A DNA stretch of 64,000 bases, taken from the NCBI GenBank assembly GCA_002633005.1, contig NMRA01000879.1, forward strand, positions 1 through 64,000, read 5' to 3'. Below are positions 1-13,815 of this stretch, in pieces. Below the pieces are notes generated by a model. The model was not told the DNA's origin and ran no database searches. It saw only the letters and a list, made by a program, of their open reading frames with translations. Every line of letters begins with the position of its first letter. Position 1 is the stretch's first letter. The position numbers were made by a program, and so were the translations under genes. The stretch is from Phoronis australis (Eukaryota; Animalia; Phoronida).

Positions 1-1619
1 TATCTTTATTTTAACAACGGGAACAATGAGATGCTAATATATTGTTCTCTATGCGACCAGGTTTACCGTGGATGACCACAAAAGAGGAATCCCAAATTAT
101 CCACAAACAATGACCACGCACCTTAGTAACTATTACCGCGAATACGAATCCTTTCCGTGGAGCCTAAACACCAAATGTTTATATCCGTGTATTGTGTTGT
201 ATTGCTCATGGTACGGGTTCAGACTCAGTTGTATTAAGATTCCAATCCCCAACCCTATAATATGTAGTTTGAGTAAAATTTCTAGACAATGCAGGTTAAC
301 GTATTTATTCTCCTTTAAATGAAGAATAAAAATCAAATTCTGCACAGGTTTTTTAAAAGATATCACTTATTGGAAGATCACACATCTTATCTCATTGGAA
401 AATTGCCTACCTCAAAATTTTCCGTGTGAATAAAAAATAAAATACCAACCAGAGACTTGTGTACTACAAAATATGTTTCGTTATACAACGCAAAGATAAA
501 TGTACAGTCAAAAGTCTAAATGTTATGACTCTAATAAAAATTGCCTTCTAGATCTTTTCGACACTACAATTGCTACAGGACAGAGTCAACCACACAAAGC
601 CCATAAAGTCAAGGAATTACATTTAAGGTGATGTAGTCTCACTGGGAAAAAGTGATTTCGCAATGTCGCTGACAACACTGGAAATCTCTTCTTTACAAAC
701 TTGAGGTAGCTGTATTTACCACGACAATGTTCTTATCAAAACTAACCACCACAAAATGAAAAATTGGCTTGTTGGTTCCAATTAGGCAGCATTTTTACAA
801 TGAAATAGTCATGAAAAAATACTTTTGCAACATGGTTTGCATTACAATTTCCCTACGATTACAGTTGTACATACATACTAGATCAGTAACAAAATTGCCC
901 ATGGGAACCATAAAATGGTCAATTTGCCAAAAAAAAAACAAGGAGCCACCAGAGCTAATGTGCCAATACTTTTCAGTACTGCAACAAAAATCATTTGAAG
1001 TGGACATAAACTCGCTTAAAATCACATAAAGCAACTTTTGATTTAGACATTTTTACCTTCATGAAATAGGTATGACTTTCAGGTCACTTTTGAGCAATTT
1101 CTGAACCTTGACAGATCTGAAAGATCTGGCAATATGCAATTGCTAGAGACCAGTCTAATAGTGTGCGATTTTATACACACAGCATGGTCTCAAGGAATAG
1201 CAAACTGTCAATTCGCTACAATTCCAGAAATCGCTTCCCATCTGGATAAGGAACAAACTGAGCAAAGTTTATAGACGTAAATGGTCTAAATCAAAACTTA
1301 TTACCTCATGGATAGAAGGTTTATAACCCAGGCAGAAAGATAAGTTAACAAACCCAGCCTAACAGGTGCTCAAATTTTAGTAATATATACCCATTTACAA
1401 ACAAAAATCTATAATGGTAAATAAAATGCGGAAACATTAATTCAGATCAATTAGGCACCTTCAAGGAAAAGGAACAGTACAGTGGTCAGAAACACACAAG
1501 CCTACTTCCCTACACAGCTGTGCTGACACAATAATGCCACCACTGGATTTAGCAGATCAGCCAGAGTATTCACAGGTCCAGGCACTGTACTGTTTCCTCC
1601 CTTTGAGTTTTTACAATGC

Positions 1620-2880
1620 TACATCCTTGACAATCGCACATTGCTTCTTCCAATGCATACTCCACTTCCTCTGTCCCAGTTTCCTCATATTTGTTGAGTG
1701 TGGCCTATCTCAACAAATTACTTTGGACCTCTTGTGGTATAAGCCAGTAATTTTTGGCAAATACTTTTTCCCCCGACTCGTTCCTCAAGCTACAAATTAT
1801 CTTTGACATATTTTCTGGGAGTAGACTTTTCGGCCTCTCTCTCTAGCCCCCTAACTTAGTCGTCTAGAAGGGTACCTTCTGGCTGGTTGCGAACTTTTCC
1901 TTACCCAACCTTTACTAATAATCGGCAGGTCTCCAGCTTCAGCAGAAGCCACTTCTTCAGTATAAGCCTTTCCTAAGTCCTAAAGTTGTATTAATGAAAA
2001 AAAAAATAAACATATTTAATTTAATGTGGCCATTTTGGCTCAAAAAATATTAATACCAAGCTAAAGTGAAGGCACTGATATTTTTGACGGCTTCAGCATG
2101 TTTAATTCACTTCATAATCGAAGAACTTCATTGGCAAACATAACATATTCCCTAGTCTCTAAAAGTAGTTCATGGGCAGAAGTCATGTTACACATTTGGT
2201 GGTTGTTATGAAAAGTTATGATGACTACCTGCCAATGTATACATGTAGTTGCATAAACATCAACATATTTGAATAAGATGTGATTAAGCAATAAGGCCCA
2301 AGTTACATGTACAAGTAATCACGGTGTGTCAATAAAAGTATTTTTACTTGAATGACGTGCTTCTAAAAATATTCCTCAGGGTTAGACCCTGGGGTTTGGT
2401 GATTCCTACCTGAGCTCACACGAAGCAAGACGTTGAACCTTTACTTAACGTCTCTGGTCATTTTTCAGACCTCTATTAGATTTATCCTCTAGTGTGCAGT
2501 GGATGTAGGCCTACTCAGTGTCTTTCGCGACGCCAATATATCTCCAAGGTTGTACAGATGATTCGGGCAAGTGAATCTTCTACGGCAGATTACGTAGCTC
2601 CTGCTGCAAACCTGCCTCCGAGGCAGACACTGAGACAGACTACTTCTCAGGAGGACACGTTCCACCTCCACATCACCTCGCCTTACTCTTATAATGTGCT
2701 CAAATGTCTCACTCTTCTCCTTGTGCATTTCCAAAGAGTTTCCAAAGTTCTTTCTCTGCGCAATTTGTAGAAATACCACATTCCAAGCGACTGGCAGTGA
2801 CAGATAAATAGATAAATTCGCAAACCCGCACATTAGATCGGCCACTATTCAACCAACGCATTGTAAGCTAAGTTTGGTAT
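1620..2880 (-). pseudogene. Old, frameshifted Sola3-like transposase C-terminal remnant, apparently with an intron (1980-2409)
   Basis: Minus-strand reading gives DLPIISKGWVRKSSQPARRY...PENMSKIICSLRNESGEKVFAKNYWLIPQEVQSNLLR. This parallels the G(W)ALKKGKRSTRF...GE...SQIGGFF tail of the elements at 10.2 kb and 59.6 kb. Candidate donor CAG|GTAGGA at 2410/2409 and acceptor TTTAG|GAC at 1980/1979. Several stops and frameshifts. Confidence 0.5.
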
Positions 2881-4685
2881 TCAGACGAGTTGGATGAACA
2901 AATTTAGTATAATAATTTCATATTTTAGTTGGAAATGCTATTGTCCATAAAATTAAGAAAAACATTTAAGCATACCAAATCTTTTAATTGCTGTATTATA
3001 ACACGGCATTTTAATGCGTAGAAACGACGCACAACTAGTGACTGGTTTAACATGACAAATTACATACGCGGTCTGAAAATAGTGAAATTCAGACACCTAT
3101 TAACAAGACTGCCTGAAGGGCTGACAAAGTTTTTATTGTATTAATTTCAAGGACACGGAGTCTTCTACATGTCCATGTTATTATTTTTAGTTTTCTCGCG
3201 GGGGCAGATTCTCCATAAGGGTACAACTTACTGCTGGTTTTTCACAAGAATGAAATATACCTCCACGGAAACAGTTCCAGTGTTACCATGGTAACAGATA
3301 TTTTAGTGTCGGTGACGTTTTTACTGACATCGTTCATGAACCTATCATGTGGTATCAAAATTGTTCAGAAACGATTCTGTTTGAAGCAGGAACTGGAGTA
3401 GAAAATTTGGTTCAAAAATGACTAATTCCACATCAAGAAATTGCCTCATTTTGCCCCCTAGAACACTTCCCTTGTATCTTCTAAACCACCAAACTTTGTG
3501 GTGTCATACTTCACCCAATTTCTCTCATCCCTAATATAATCTCTCAGACTAAACATGAATCTGAATGGCTGACCCTTGCCGCTTTGTTGGCTGCACAGTG
3601 GTCGGTGGAGCCGTGGACTGATACTTAAACACTATGGCGGTCGAGTTTAACGGAATGTGACCTCATAGTAGAACTTCCTCATTACAGATAATTCGGTTAA
3701 AATTTTCAAAATCTTAAGTTGAAAATCTATTCAATAATCCTACATGTATATACATAGTTCCGATCTCATCTATCGTAAGTATTGGTCCTGAACAAAACCA
3801 GACACGTGCACTTTGGCCACGTCTGTATCTTAACAGAACTTTTGTGCTTGCTGAACAATAAACTTGAAGCTCGAAAGGCAACCACTGAACTCCTACATTA
3901 TAATTTCCAGAAGGATCCTGGTCACACAGTATGTGTGTTGATAATCATATTCAATTAATCGTGGTACTTGGGAAATGTGTCTTAATAAACCACCATCAGC
4001 TCAGGTTGTTGGCATCATGCTACATGTACTTAAATCGCAGTTGGCATGTGTACCTAGAAACAAAACCAACTCTGTCATTTATGACGGATCACCATGGCAG
4101 TATAGGATGATTGAAAAAAGATGTTATAGCCGTTATCAAAGTCTAAACGCCTCATCATAACTGTGACTACATGTAATGCAGCGTCATTAAAAATTACATG
4201 TAAACTTATAAATAGTATGCACTTACATGTAAACTTATAAAAAATATACACTTGATCTTAATTGCATTTCATAAAAATGGTAGCAGCTTTCTAGTAAAAA
4301 ACGGGGTTTTTTCGAAAGGCTTTCACCAACAAAAAAGACTTTGTGCAACATCTCTACCATTTTTACCGCCACAGTTTTCTCGGTAATGCATAATCCTGTT
4401 ACCTGTTAACCACCACACTACCGAATATGGTTACTTTTATTCCGCGAATGCGGGAATGTCAGGAATTAAAAAGTACCCATGAGTTCACAAAACTTCATGG
4501 AAGTGTTGCAAGTTGTACGCAAGCTCTAATATTTGATCAAAAAACGCTAACCAGTTTCACGCAATTTATGCCATCGTCTGCTGTGGCAGATCTAGCATAT
4601 CATCAGAGGCCCAAATATTTAGTCTTGTAGACATTGGCACGAAGCACATATCTAGATGCCAACAGCGCCGAATCCCTTACAAAAA

Positions 4686-5030
4686 TGAACTTAAGTTTTC
4701 ATTCCCGAAAACTTAAGTTTTTGGCGAAAACTTAAGTATTTTGGAACAAGTTTTTTGGAACGAACTTAAGTTTTCATAACTTAAGCTTTCAAAAACTTAA
4801 GTTTTTCAAAAACTTAAGTTCTGAAAACTTAAGTTTTTCAAAAACTTAAGTTCTGAAAACTTAAGTTTTTCAAAAAACTTGTTCCAAAATACTTAAGTTT
4901 TTGGAAAACTTAAGTTTCAGAAACTTAAGTTTTTGTAAAACTTAAGTTTTGGAACAAGTTTTTAGTAACAAACATAAGTCATCAAAACTTAAGTTTTTGA
5001 AAACTAAGTTTTCCGAACATAAGTTTTCAA
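4686..5030. repeat. Left subterminal array of the palindromic unit AAAACTTAAGTTTT
   Basis: About 20 degenerate copies at ~14-18 bp spacing, read directly from the sequence. Confidence 0.9.
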
Positions 5031-8000
5031 TGAACTAACTAATAGGACAGACATTCAAGAATTTCGACTTTCACTAAAACAAAAGTGGAGTACAGTAACA
5101 AATTTAACGATTCTCATCAAGATTTAACAAACTAGAGTTATATTAACATTTCATTAACAGTGATTATTTGCAGAAAATAAAATGCACTTCCTAAAATACA
5201 CTAGTTCCTTAAAATAAGTGAACATAAGTGAAATATCAAAATCTTAAAAACCTAAAACATTTCAAAAATCAGTTCATCAAGTGTCATGCATACAAATGAG
5301 GCTTATAATATATTCATTATTTGCATCGTTCTAAATCTATGACAATTATGCGATAACTGAGGGAGCAAAATGGAATGTGCAAACAGAGAAATCACTACCA
5401 AATCATGAAACACAACCAAAGAAAATGTGATTACATAGCCAGGAAAGACTACAACAAAAGTCTACGTTTCAACAGCAACATTTTCAACTAAAATTACAGC
5501 AATGACACCAAGAATAACAAATCACTTAATATGCAAAATCCAAGAATATCCGCAGAGACAAAAGCATAACATGAAACGTAACAGGTAACTAAAAGTTTAT
5601 CGACAATGGCCACGGGTCTGATTTTTGGAAGTACAATCCTTATGCTAAAAATAGTGCCTAGAATCACCTATAATGTTGCAACCTTAAAAATATCAATTTA
5701 AAAGTCAAAGTTTCGTTTTGTTGACAATCCTAATAACAGTGAATCCAATACACTCCATGGTGCGAACAAGTTTCACTAAAAATCACCTTAAGTACAACCT
5801 CGTTATACGAGATGGAAATTAGAGAACTTAGACCTTCGACCACAAAAATATTCTTTTTCCTTTAATTTAAAACTACTGAACTTCATACACATATAGGGCC
5901 TTTCATACTAACATCGACGCGTCGAAGTTCTTTGGAGTTAATGTCAGTATGAACGCTTTAAACTTTCGTCCTGGAAGGAAGTTAACAGCGCCAGTTCAAT
6001 TCGCACTAAACAGGTGGATTTAATTGCTTAACATCAACGCTGCCACGAAGTATAAACGATCAACTTAAGTCCTATCGAAGTTATTGCCAAGGGCCACTGT
6101 TATCATTAACAATTGCATAGTAGTGCGATGGCTAATAGTTGCTTATTCCTTGCTCTAATAATCACCAATCAATTTAAAAATAAGTTTTATGTCAATTAAC
6201 ACATGTAAATGTTCCCAAGTTTTCACATCTTAGCGTGCAGTGCTACCTTGCGATACCTTTGATCACGACAGCGTCACCTACTGTTCACTTCGAAGTTCAT
6301 TAACTACCGAAGCCAGAATGAACGGTCCAGTTAACTTCGCAGTGTACGCCAATGCTCCGCTCAGACAAGAGTTAAGTCAATGTGAAAGGACCCTAAGGTA
6401 GACCACAAGCCACTTAATCTTCTTTAGCTGGATCTGCTCGCTTAGCTTCACAGGCAAATAATCCATGTTTTGTGACTACAAATGTGCGTTTCTGAGCTGA
6501 GATAACTGAATTCATAGGTTCATGAGCTGCAGTTCGTAAGTGCATACGTTGCGTTGTCTGGGTAGCCTTCCTTATCCAACGATAGTTGAAGGCACACTCT
6601 GCAATAAAGACAAAAAATTTAATAACAGACTGGTAAAAGCTATCAGTATAAGACAACTTGACTTGCTGGATATTTATCATGCTGTTTATACAACACTGAT
6701 TTGTAAAATTTTTGACTTATATACACTGAGCCTAGAAAATAGTCTTCAAACTCAAAATTTAACCAATCACTCTCCAGGATTCAAGTGCAAGACTAAGTCT
6801 GCAAGTTTACTTCAAGCATGCACTGCAGTGGGTCAGTTTTCCACATACTGTTTTGAGTGAAGTTTTAATCCTGGATTCGCGACATTCAAAACAATTTTAT
6901 TCTATACAACTTGAATACAAAACATGCACATGGTCACCTATCATGCTATCACAATCTAGAACAAACCGTGCATATGACAAAACTTAATGTGTTAATAAAA
7001 GTTGGACTTCAGGCTAACCAGGTATCGTATTCTGCAACTTTTTAGTTCAAGTTCTATGACAAATTAATTAATATTTTTATCAAATTATGAAACTGTTGGC
7101 AACTGCAATAAACTAAAATTCCCATGATTTTTATGAACTTTTCATTGTTTAATTCATTAATCTGATAAGAAAAGGCACAACTCTACATAATGAGCAGAGC
7201 TAGTTGTATTCTAACTAGTTGTCTCCAGCCAGCATAGAACTTCTTACTAATGTTTCATGGACATTTAGCCGGTACAACCAGGGTTAAAACTGAAAGTTTA
7301 ATCTCACATGTATACTTGCGCGTGTACTTTTTGAAACTTATAGCAAAACCAAGAAGCTTTACATTGACTTGATCAAATGGCTACAAGAATCAGTGAGCTT
7401 GTGAAAGATTATAAGCCCATTGGCTAAACCAAGGACATATTTCATATTGTTTCAAATTCAAACTCTGATAGCAGCACTATTTTTAACTCAACAATGAAAC
7501 ATATGAAGCTCTACCTGCCATGTTGATGTAAACAGCCCAATACCACCCCTGGGTGATTGTTTCGATGAAAATGTTTGGATGTCTAGTTTTCCAAGTTCTC
7601 CGCCAAGTTAATAGAGACCTGAAAACAATGAGATATTAGCAAACATAACAGTATGTGATTCTTCTTAAGAATCCAGACATAACCCATTTACAGGGAATGT
7701 TATCCATGTANAGTTGGGGGTTAGGGCAGAGTAGAGTTTTGCCCATCAGATATTCATCCCCTGCCCCCCCAACTGCCAATTGATTTTGTAGCATTTTAGG
7801 GGGCCGGGGCCATGGCCCCTTAGCTGTCCTCTGAACCCACCATTGAAGATATTGGCATGGTCTTCACGAGAAGTCTTACGAAACCATAATAGTTTACAGT
7901 AAAAATAAAATTATTATCTCATGTACTACAGTAAACATAAAAATACTATATCATGTACTCCGACCAATCACTTTACTGGCTGACATTTGCAAAGATATTA

Positions 8001-8561
8001 AATTGAGGTTCCAAGCAAATTTCTAGAGGGAAAAGAATATGCCCCTACAGACATGAGATCATTCTAGTCAGTCCATATTCAACTCAACTCAACTCCTAGG
8101 TAAAGTTGTACCCACATTAACTATCACTTTCACCATGACACTGAAATATTTGATTTCAATAAAACCAGTCAAACTCACGTTGAATGTGAAAATTTTAAGT
8201 CTGAATATGCAAAACTTTTGCGACATTCTAGTATTCCACAACCCGGTAACAATTTGAAAGCACATACTCAATCCCAAAGTCAAATCACACAGATTTTCCT
8301 TATTGGCAATGCATTATTTGGTGCAATTACATAGGAATTATGCAAGTTTCACTGTGCTTAACAATAGTTAACATGTTGACTGGTGAGAGTTCACTTCGGT
8401 ACATTGTGACCTATGCCAGGGGTTATTCCAGATAGAGTACTAGTAGTGGGATCGGGATGTCCTTTCACATTCAATAACCTAGATCCTCCCGTGAAACCTG
8501 AGCAAATCAGTCAAAATAGGCAATACAATAGTTACATTAGTTATTCTTAATTTTGAGAGCC

Positions 8562-8800
8562 AGGCACATGCGCGCACCCAGGGGAGGCTCGAACGAGCAC
8601 CCCTCCACTTGCCGAAGTGGGCATGAAAAGGTCAGCCTCATAGAAACAAAAATCTGAGAAAACGAGACACAAGTCCACTGAAAAGCTGTAATTCAGGAAT
8701 GCACTGTGCACAGCTCTGAACATACCACGTTTTTCTAATAAAAGGTCAACATACCTAAAAATTTGAGCACCCCCATATTTTAGGATTGGTGCGTGGATGA
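8562..8800 (+). mobile_element. MITE-like dispersed repeat, same family as 52058-52200
   Basis: CATGCGCGCACCCAGGGG...GGCTCGAA..GAGC.CCCCTCC...TTG.CGAAGTGGGCA.AAAAGGT...TCTGAGAAAA..AG....AAGTCCACT is shared with 52058-52190. Confidence 0.6.
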
Positions 8801-9779
8801 GGCAAGTGAACCTTGCAAATTATTGAAATGTAGTGATATGAGATTTCAAAATCAGGAACTTCCAAGACTTACTACGAACATAGACACAAGCACACACAAC
8901 CGATGCCAATACACCCAACTTGGGAAATGATTACACTTNNNNNNNNNNNNNNNNNNNNNNNNNNNNNNNNNNNNNNNNNNNNNNNNNNACCTCAGAAGAC
9001 AGCAATATAATAGAGTAATAGCCTTATGTGAACGTTATACAGTAGCTTCCTCTGATGGACCTCTAGAAGTATATTACGCGTTAGAAGTTTAGATAATTCA
9101 CACAGAATGAGTCGATGTCGGTATGTGACAGCGTGACTCGTGAGTGGCTGACAATAACATGTGAACTTAACAGTAACACGTTCGTTGGAAATCACAGCTG
9201 CCCCGATTGTGGCCAATCGATTTTAGAACGCTCTCTGGCACTAACCTGACTTTCAAAACTTCTGAAATGTCTTCTTGCTGGCTCTGCTCGTAGTAATATC
9301 AACTTCATTGTCGCCGGCTAGCCAACACAGGACTTTTTCTTAGAAGTTGACTGTCGGTTTTAAAATTCAAACCGTTGACCTCCGGTGGAAACTGCCTTAC
9401 GAATACAACTCAACACAAAGGAAACTTGCACAATAACTACGTTTTTTTTTAAGAATTGCATGAGTTCCATTGAATACATTGTACTGACCAGGTCAGTGTC
9501 TCAGGGGATTAACATTGAGTGGACTCTTACTACTGTTGGTCACCGGATGTTCATCTAAATTTAAATTCACAAAGACGTGCCGTAATGATTACATAACTGC
9601 ACTAATTCTGTACTGACCAGGTTAACTTTGTCGTTTTATGGTTTGTATCTATATAAATGTTAAGGAACGTTTTTTGAGATGATGGGTTTTGCATGAGCAA
9701 ACAATAATTTTTTGTTGGAAAATAATGGGAAAAATTTCGAAGCAAAAATTAAATATCTCACAACATTCAAATTTTAATA

Positions 9780-10208
9780 ACTTGAAAACGTAAATTTTCA
9801 TCACATCAAAAAATTAAAGTTTTAAGAAAATTCAAGTTTTCCACAAATGAAAAAATCCAGTTTTCTGGAAAACATAAGAAGTCAGGAAAACTTAAGTTTT
9901 TAAAATTACAAAAACTTAAGATTTGTGATAAACTTAAGTTATCAGAAAAACTTAAGTTTTGTTAGTACAAAAAAACTTAAGTTTTCATGAAAACTTAAGT
10001 TATTACTTGAAACTAAGGTTTCTTTGTGAAAACTTAAGTTTTACACTGGAAAAACTTAAGTTTTCTGAAAAACATAAGTTTTCTGAAAAACTTAACATTG
10101 TGCTGAAAAACCTAAGTTTTTGGCGAAAAACTTAAGTTTTAAAAACTTAAGTTTTTCGGAAGAACTTAAGTTTTTCATCCAAAATAAGTTATTTTCCAAA
10201 AAACTTAA
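9780..10208. repeat. Right subterminal AAAACTTAAGTTTT array; resumes at 13291-13320 after the Sola3 insertion
   Basis: Same unit as 4686-5030, interrupted exactly at a TTAA core. Confidence 0.9.
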
Positions 10209-13200
10209 GAGGAAGTCCATGTAAAAACCAGTAGATTTTCAAAAATCAGTCTATACGTCAAAATTTAAAACAACTTCATTTTTTGTACATGGGTAGGTAT
10301 CCTAACAAAAACCCAAATGTGCACTCAATGACCCCTAATTTCGCCGCTGGAGCATGATAACACAAATTGGCACAATTGGGCATATTAGCCGTCTCAAAAA
10401 TCGCATGTTTTCATCAACAAAAATGAGTAACATACACAATAGATCAAAAGCTATATTTTGGTGGCTGAAATAACCAACGTATACTGTGCATAATTCTGTA
10501 CCATTTATTAAAATCTAACAGTTTTGTGCTTGTCAGGGGATATAATCCACAGACCACTTTTTGGGGCTAATTTTAGTGGCCATTTTTGTGACCTTCTTAC
10601 TGCCATAAAACACCTTGTAGCCTTATGTGACGTTTTGAACATACAGTTAAAGAGTTAGTCTTGATGACTGAGCAATAAAAAATCTTGCCTCAACTTGGCA
10701 CTTTAGTGATTATTGTCGTGCAAAACTGNNNNNNNNNNNNNNNNNNNNNNNNNNNNNNNNNNNNNNNNNNNNNNNNNNNNNNNNNNNNNNNNNNNNNNNN
10801 NNNNNNNNNNNNNNNNNNNNNNNNNNNNNNNNNNNNNNNNNNNNNNNNNNNNNNNNNNNNNNNNNNNNNNNNNNNNNNNNNNNNNNNNNNNNNNNNNNNN
10901 NNNNNNNNNNNNNNNNNNNNNNNNNNNNNNNNNNNNNACTGAACAGGACCAGTCATGGAAGAGTCAGGTAATGCTGGATGTTACCACTCTGCTCCTCTCC
11001 TCCTGAACGTAGCAGCCTTGTCAAATTCTACCGGCATTTCTGTTTCGAGATATGACTTTAGTGAAAGTCAGAATGGAAAGGATCTCTGTGATCCCAAGAT
11101 CGCTCCACTCAAACAACATGCAAAGTACTTTGTAGCCGAAAGTAATAATATCATAAACTTTCTGGAGTTGAAAGAAGCACTACTTTCCAGTGCAAGTGTG
11201 AAGGGATGTTATGTGTATGCATGTTCAGTCAATGCAACAAAGTCTTTTCCAAAATACTCAGTTCCTGGTATTAGGACATTCCCAAATTCCCACTATTCCA
11301 CCCAAGGAATTCGCGTGTGGAAATCATTCCATGTAGGTGACAGTTAGTTCTTACAAATACTGAGAAAATGGGAAACCTATTTCTCTAAAATACACTAACA
11401 TCTCTAGACATGACGGATTTTCATCACCAAGACTTAAGGTTGGCATTGTATCTAGTGAAGAACCTCATCAAAAGTTCCCTTGTACCCAGCAAGGTTACTC
11501 GATTTTTTTGCTACAGACGCAGAACTAGGTCGGCATTTGGATGTGGGTAACCACACTGAACACGTATGACCACATCGCACGACAGTCGTCAGACATGCTT
11601 TCAGATGCAAGAACCGGACGGTCATTTGAGGCAGCCTCAGAGTATAATGTGGATGAGACGAATGTTGAAGCAATAGGTTAGGCATTGAAAAAAGGTAAAA
11701 GGTCAACAAAATTTTCATCAAAGTTAAGAACTTTCTGACGAATATATTCGATGAAGGAGATAAGTCACAGCTAAAAACTTTCACCCTCGGAAGTGCCAAA
11801 ATGGAGAAAACATTACGAGAACCCACTGTGGAAGTGTTTACCTGTGATGTTAAGTGAATCGCAGATTGGTGAAATTTTTCGAGGTTGTCTGCAGCAACGT
11901 TCATGACGATGCTGAAGATGCTGTTATGTCGTCAGATTTACTGAATGAAGTGGTATATGAGCTCAACGTTTAGCCTAGTTTTGTAGCATACCAGTCAAAG
12001 ATGTGTGATATATGAAGTCAAGACCGTTACTTCTGTTTACTTCATGTCATGAATGAGTCATTAATAAAATTGTCTTTCGTGAATTATTTTGTATTGACTG
12101 TGAATGTGTACCTTTTTATACCACTGATGATCACACTGGCAGAAATATTTAGCGTTAGGGTGCCCGGGGTGTGGGTAACACCAGATTTCTGGCGACTGGT
12201 GGCGACTAAAATTTGTAGCAACCAGCAGGGACATTACAATATGAACCCAAATTTACAATGACTATTGACAAGTTGAAGGATTTTTTGCACTGAACTCTAT
12301 GGGGCCATATCCACCTTGGGTGCCTTCCTTTGCCTGTGGCACGAACAAGGCAGATAGAAAACAAGGCAGATAGAAAACAAGGCAGGGGTGAGTTCAGTAA
12401 CACTAAATTCTTTTTAAAATTTATCCAAAACCAAGTGTTCTCATTTAAAATGCAGGGAAATATCTCGCGAAGTCTTGAATTATAGCAAGGTACTCGTGTT
12501 ACTGCTTATTCTAGATGCGTCTTCAGTCTCCACGTAAACAAAAGCAGCGCCATCTATCATTTAGAAGCACGCATGCCAGTTGATTTACGTACACATTTTT
12601 GTAATAAGTAATGATCATCAATGCCGTTTTCATAGAATGGTAATTAATAATGCTGTCTGCCTTTTCTCCAAAACACAAAGTTTTATGTAGTGTTTCGCAA
12701 GCTAATTACATGTTCCAAGAGCCCCCTATTGTCAGCAGAGGCAACTGAGAACATGCAAAGGACGAAGTGCAGTTCGTATAATGCTTCGTACGCATAAACT
12801 ACATTAGAGGCAAGATTTTTTATTTTAGATTATAAACAGGTTAGGAATGACTGAACAAATTATAATAAAGTCAATTTCAGGAAAGGTGCGTTATGGCTGC
12901 TACAGAGTGCCAAATGTGGCCGAAAATGGCTTCAGTGAAATCCTGAAAAATAGCCGTTTTTGCCTCACAAATTCAAAACGTACGAATTTAAAAAATGTAT
13001 TTTGAAAGTTATGCCATTAAATTATTCACTCATTGCCCTTTCAATTCGTTTTATTCATTTGTTTTGACCGTACCATGCATGCAAGTGAAATGCATTCAAA
13101 CATGCCTACTTCGACGCTCAATTTTGTTGCAAAATGGGGGTACAGGTCATAAAAAGAAAAGTAATGAATGAAAATTCTTAAAAAGTGAGGTTTTTCTACT

Positions 13201-13290
13201 TCTCAACAAACCAAACTCATGTGCTAAGTTTCAAAAAATCGGTGATTTTGGGTATAGACTCTACCTGTTGGTTTTTATATGGAGTCACCC
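10209..13290 (+). mobile_element. Sola3-like DNA transposon, internally deleted, copy 1
   Basis: Ends are TTAA|GAGGAAGTCCATGTAAAAACCA ... TGGTTTTTATATGGAGTCACCC|TTAA, giving a TTAA TSD and an imperfect ~22-bp TIR. It is the near-identical reverse complement of 59603-63081 and includes a 209-N gap. Confidence 0.8.
10955..11970 (+). pseudogene. Sola3-like DDD transposase, C-terminal half, disrupted
   Basis: Motifs S(G)NAGCYHS, RYDFSESQNGKDLCDPKIAPLK, GIRVWKSFHVG, FPCTQQGYS..F and G*ALKKGKRSTKFSSKVKNFLTNIFDEG, with stops and frameshifts. Confidence 0.75.
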
Positions 13291-13739
13291 TTAATTTTTT
13301 TCGCGAAAAACTTAAGTTCATTTTTGTAAAGGATGGGGGGTGTCGGAGGGGCTTCCCCTTCACGCCTAGAGGAAAAGTTTGTTTTTTTCTTCCATAAACA
13401 ATGATTTTCCTTAATTTCAGGGTTGAGCTGAACAAAGCTTCAAAAGTTATGCGCTGGATAAGTTTGATTGTTGCATGACGTCAGGGCATTATTCAACAAT
13501 GACAAAGTGACGCGTGATAATGTGGCGTCACTGTTGCTATACGGCGTACATGTACAACTTTTATGCAACCGGGCCTTGGTGTATAATAGAGTAAAAAAAC
13601 ACTGAGAATAGGTGAAACAACGGAAAATTTGTCAACATTGCACCTACTAGAACTCACGTCGTTTTGGTCAAAAGGAAGCTTGTTCTTGTATTGCTCCATC
13701 ACGCATGCACTAAAAATAAGATGCTAAGAGGCATACTTA

Positions 13740-13815
13740 TGGCTCACAGCGTTCGCGCTAACCTGTTTAAGTTACCCAAAAGAACAAATCCACTTTTCGC
13801 ACTGGCTTTAACCAT
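13740..13815. repeat. 76-bp direct duplicate of 14891-14966
   Basis: TGGCTCACAGCGTTCGCGCTAACC...GGCTTTAACCAT, 74/76 identical by eye. Confidence 0.9.

Larger units (their letters stand above)
4674..13332. mobile_element. CMC/EnSpm(CACTA)-like DNA transposon with long subterminal repeat arrays, probably non-autonomous or decayed
   Basis: Left end CCCTTACAAAAATGAACTTAAGTTTT (4674) and right end AAAACTTAAGTTCATTTTTGTAAAGG (13332) form a 26-bp TIR with 1 mismatch. It is flanked by AT on both sides (4672-4673, 13333-13334), a possible 2-bp TSD. Both ends carry arrays of the palindromic unit AAAACTTAAGTTTT. The superfamily call is inferred from the CC termini, 2-bp TSD and subterminal repeats. No transposase was recognised. 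Confidence 0.7.

Noticed and set aside
4686-5030. CRISPR-like array of palindromic repeats
   Set aside because: Units are ~14 bp with 0-8 bp spacers, there are no cas genes, and the array is mirrored at the other end of a TIR element.
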